Assembly: GCF_006345805.1 (NCBI RefSeq)
Contig: NC_043014.1
Location: 28,830,001 to 28,894,000, forward strand
Direction of reading: 5' to 3'
Source: Octopus sinensis
Lineage: Eukaryota
DNA: 64,000 nucleotides
Position 1 is the first letter of the stretch; every line of letters starts with the position of its first letter. Shown here piece after piece: positions 63,393-64,000 of the stretch. The notes beneath the pieces were generated by a model that did no database searches, was not told the DNA's origin, and saw only the letters and a program-made list of their open reading frames with translations. Made by a program: the position numbers and the translations under genes.

Positions 63393-64000
63393 TGAGAGAA
63401 TAAGACAGAGGAGACGAATGTTTGCTGTCATTGCTGTCTTTGTTGTTGTTGTTGTTGTTGCTGATGCTATTGTTATTGTTGTTGCTGAAGGTCACCTATC
63501 AATAGTACCCTTCGTGGTAGATGTGACTCAGGATCTGTGGTGTTTCTTAGTAAAGAGTAAAGAGTAAAAAGAGTAAAGAGTATATACATCCCTTTGATTT
63601 CTGAGTACAGTTTCTGGCACAGTATACACTTAGCTTTATATCCTTCACGAGTCGATAAAATTAGTACAAGACAAGTATTGAAGTTGATTTAATGCACAGT
63701 TATCTCCCCACAAAATCTGTGTTGTCTTGCAAGAAATCGTTATCATATTTCGGTATTTGTTTGCTTGTACGTTTGCTTGCTTGCTTGTGTGCGCGTGTGT
63801 GTACGTGCGTGCGGTTGGAGAAAAGGGTTAATCAATTGAACAGAACTCCCTATAAATTTTTCTTCAGCGAAACATTAAAGGAATAACTTGTCGTGTCATC
63901 CAGCCATTCATCTAGAAGACGATTTCATTGCACCAATAACACGGCGTCCTTTTTTCACACACACTCCGCAAGGATTGTCGCCATTTTGATTCTTTGATTC

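Overview
AT-rich, microsatellite-dense, repeat-saturated animal DNA with one 100-N assembly gap (41720-41819). It is most likely intergenic or deep-intronic DNA of an octopus; this is an inference, because the tRNA-derived SINE families look like the octopus SINEs I know from memory. I find no intact host protein-coding gene, rRNA, functional tRNA or CRISPR array. Most ORFs in the track are microsatellite translations. The remaining protein-like ORFs are fragments of decayed transposons: RTE (several), CR1-like, R4/Dong-like RLE LINEs (two), L1/Tx1-like LINEs, two mariners, a Chapaev3-like element and a probable pogo/Tigger relic. More than 30 SINE copies fall into families I label A-F (working labels, not database names). 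The most notable signals are: (1) a modular SINE network in which the same tRNA-derived heads carry different 3' modules, with several joins at one AAATGAGT node; (2) head-to-tail multimers of SINE B with the same quasi-palindromic junction at independent loci; (3) an RTE insertion with twin-priming-like inversion geometry and a 12-bp TSD; (4) a 128-bp templated insertion with microhomology at both junctions; (5) a SINE tail resembling Tx1 LINE 3' ends; (6) two fold-back elements and a (TA)n-anchored element. Boundaries of decayed elements are approximate and were read by eye.
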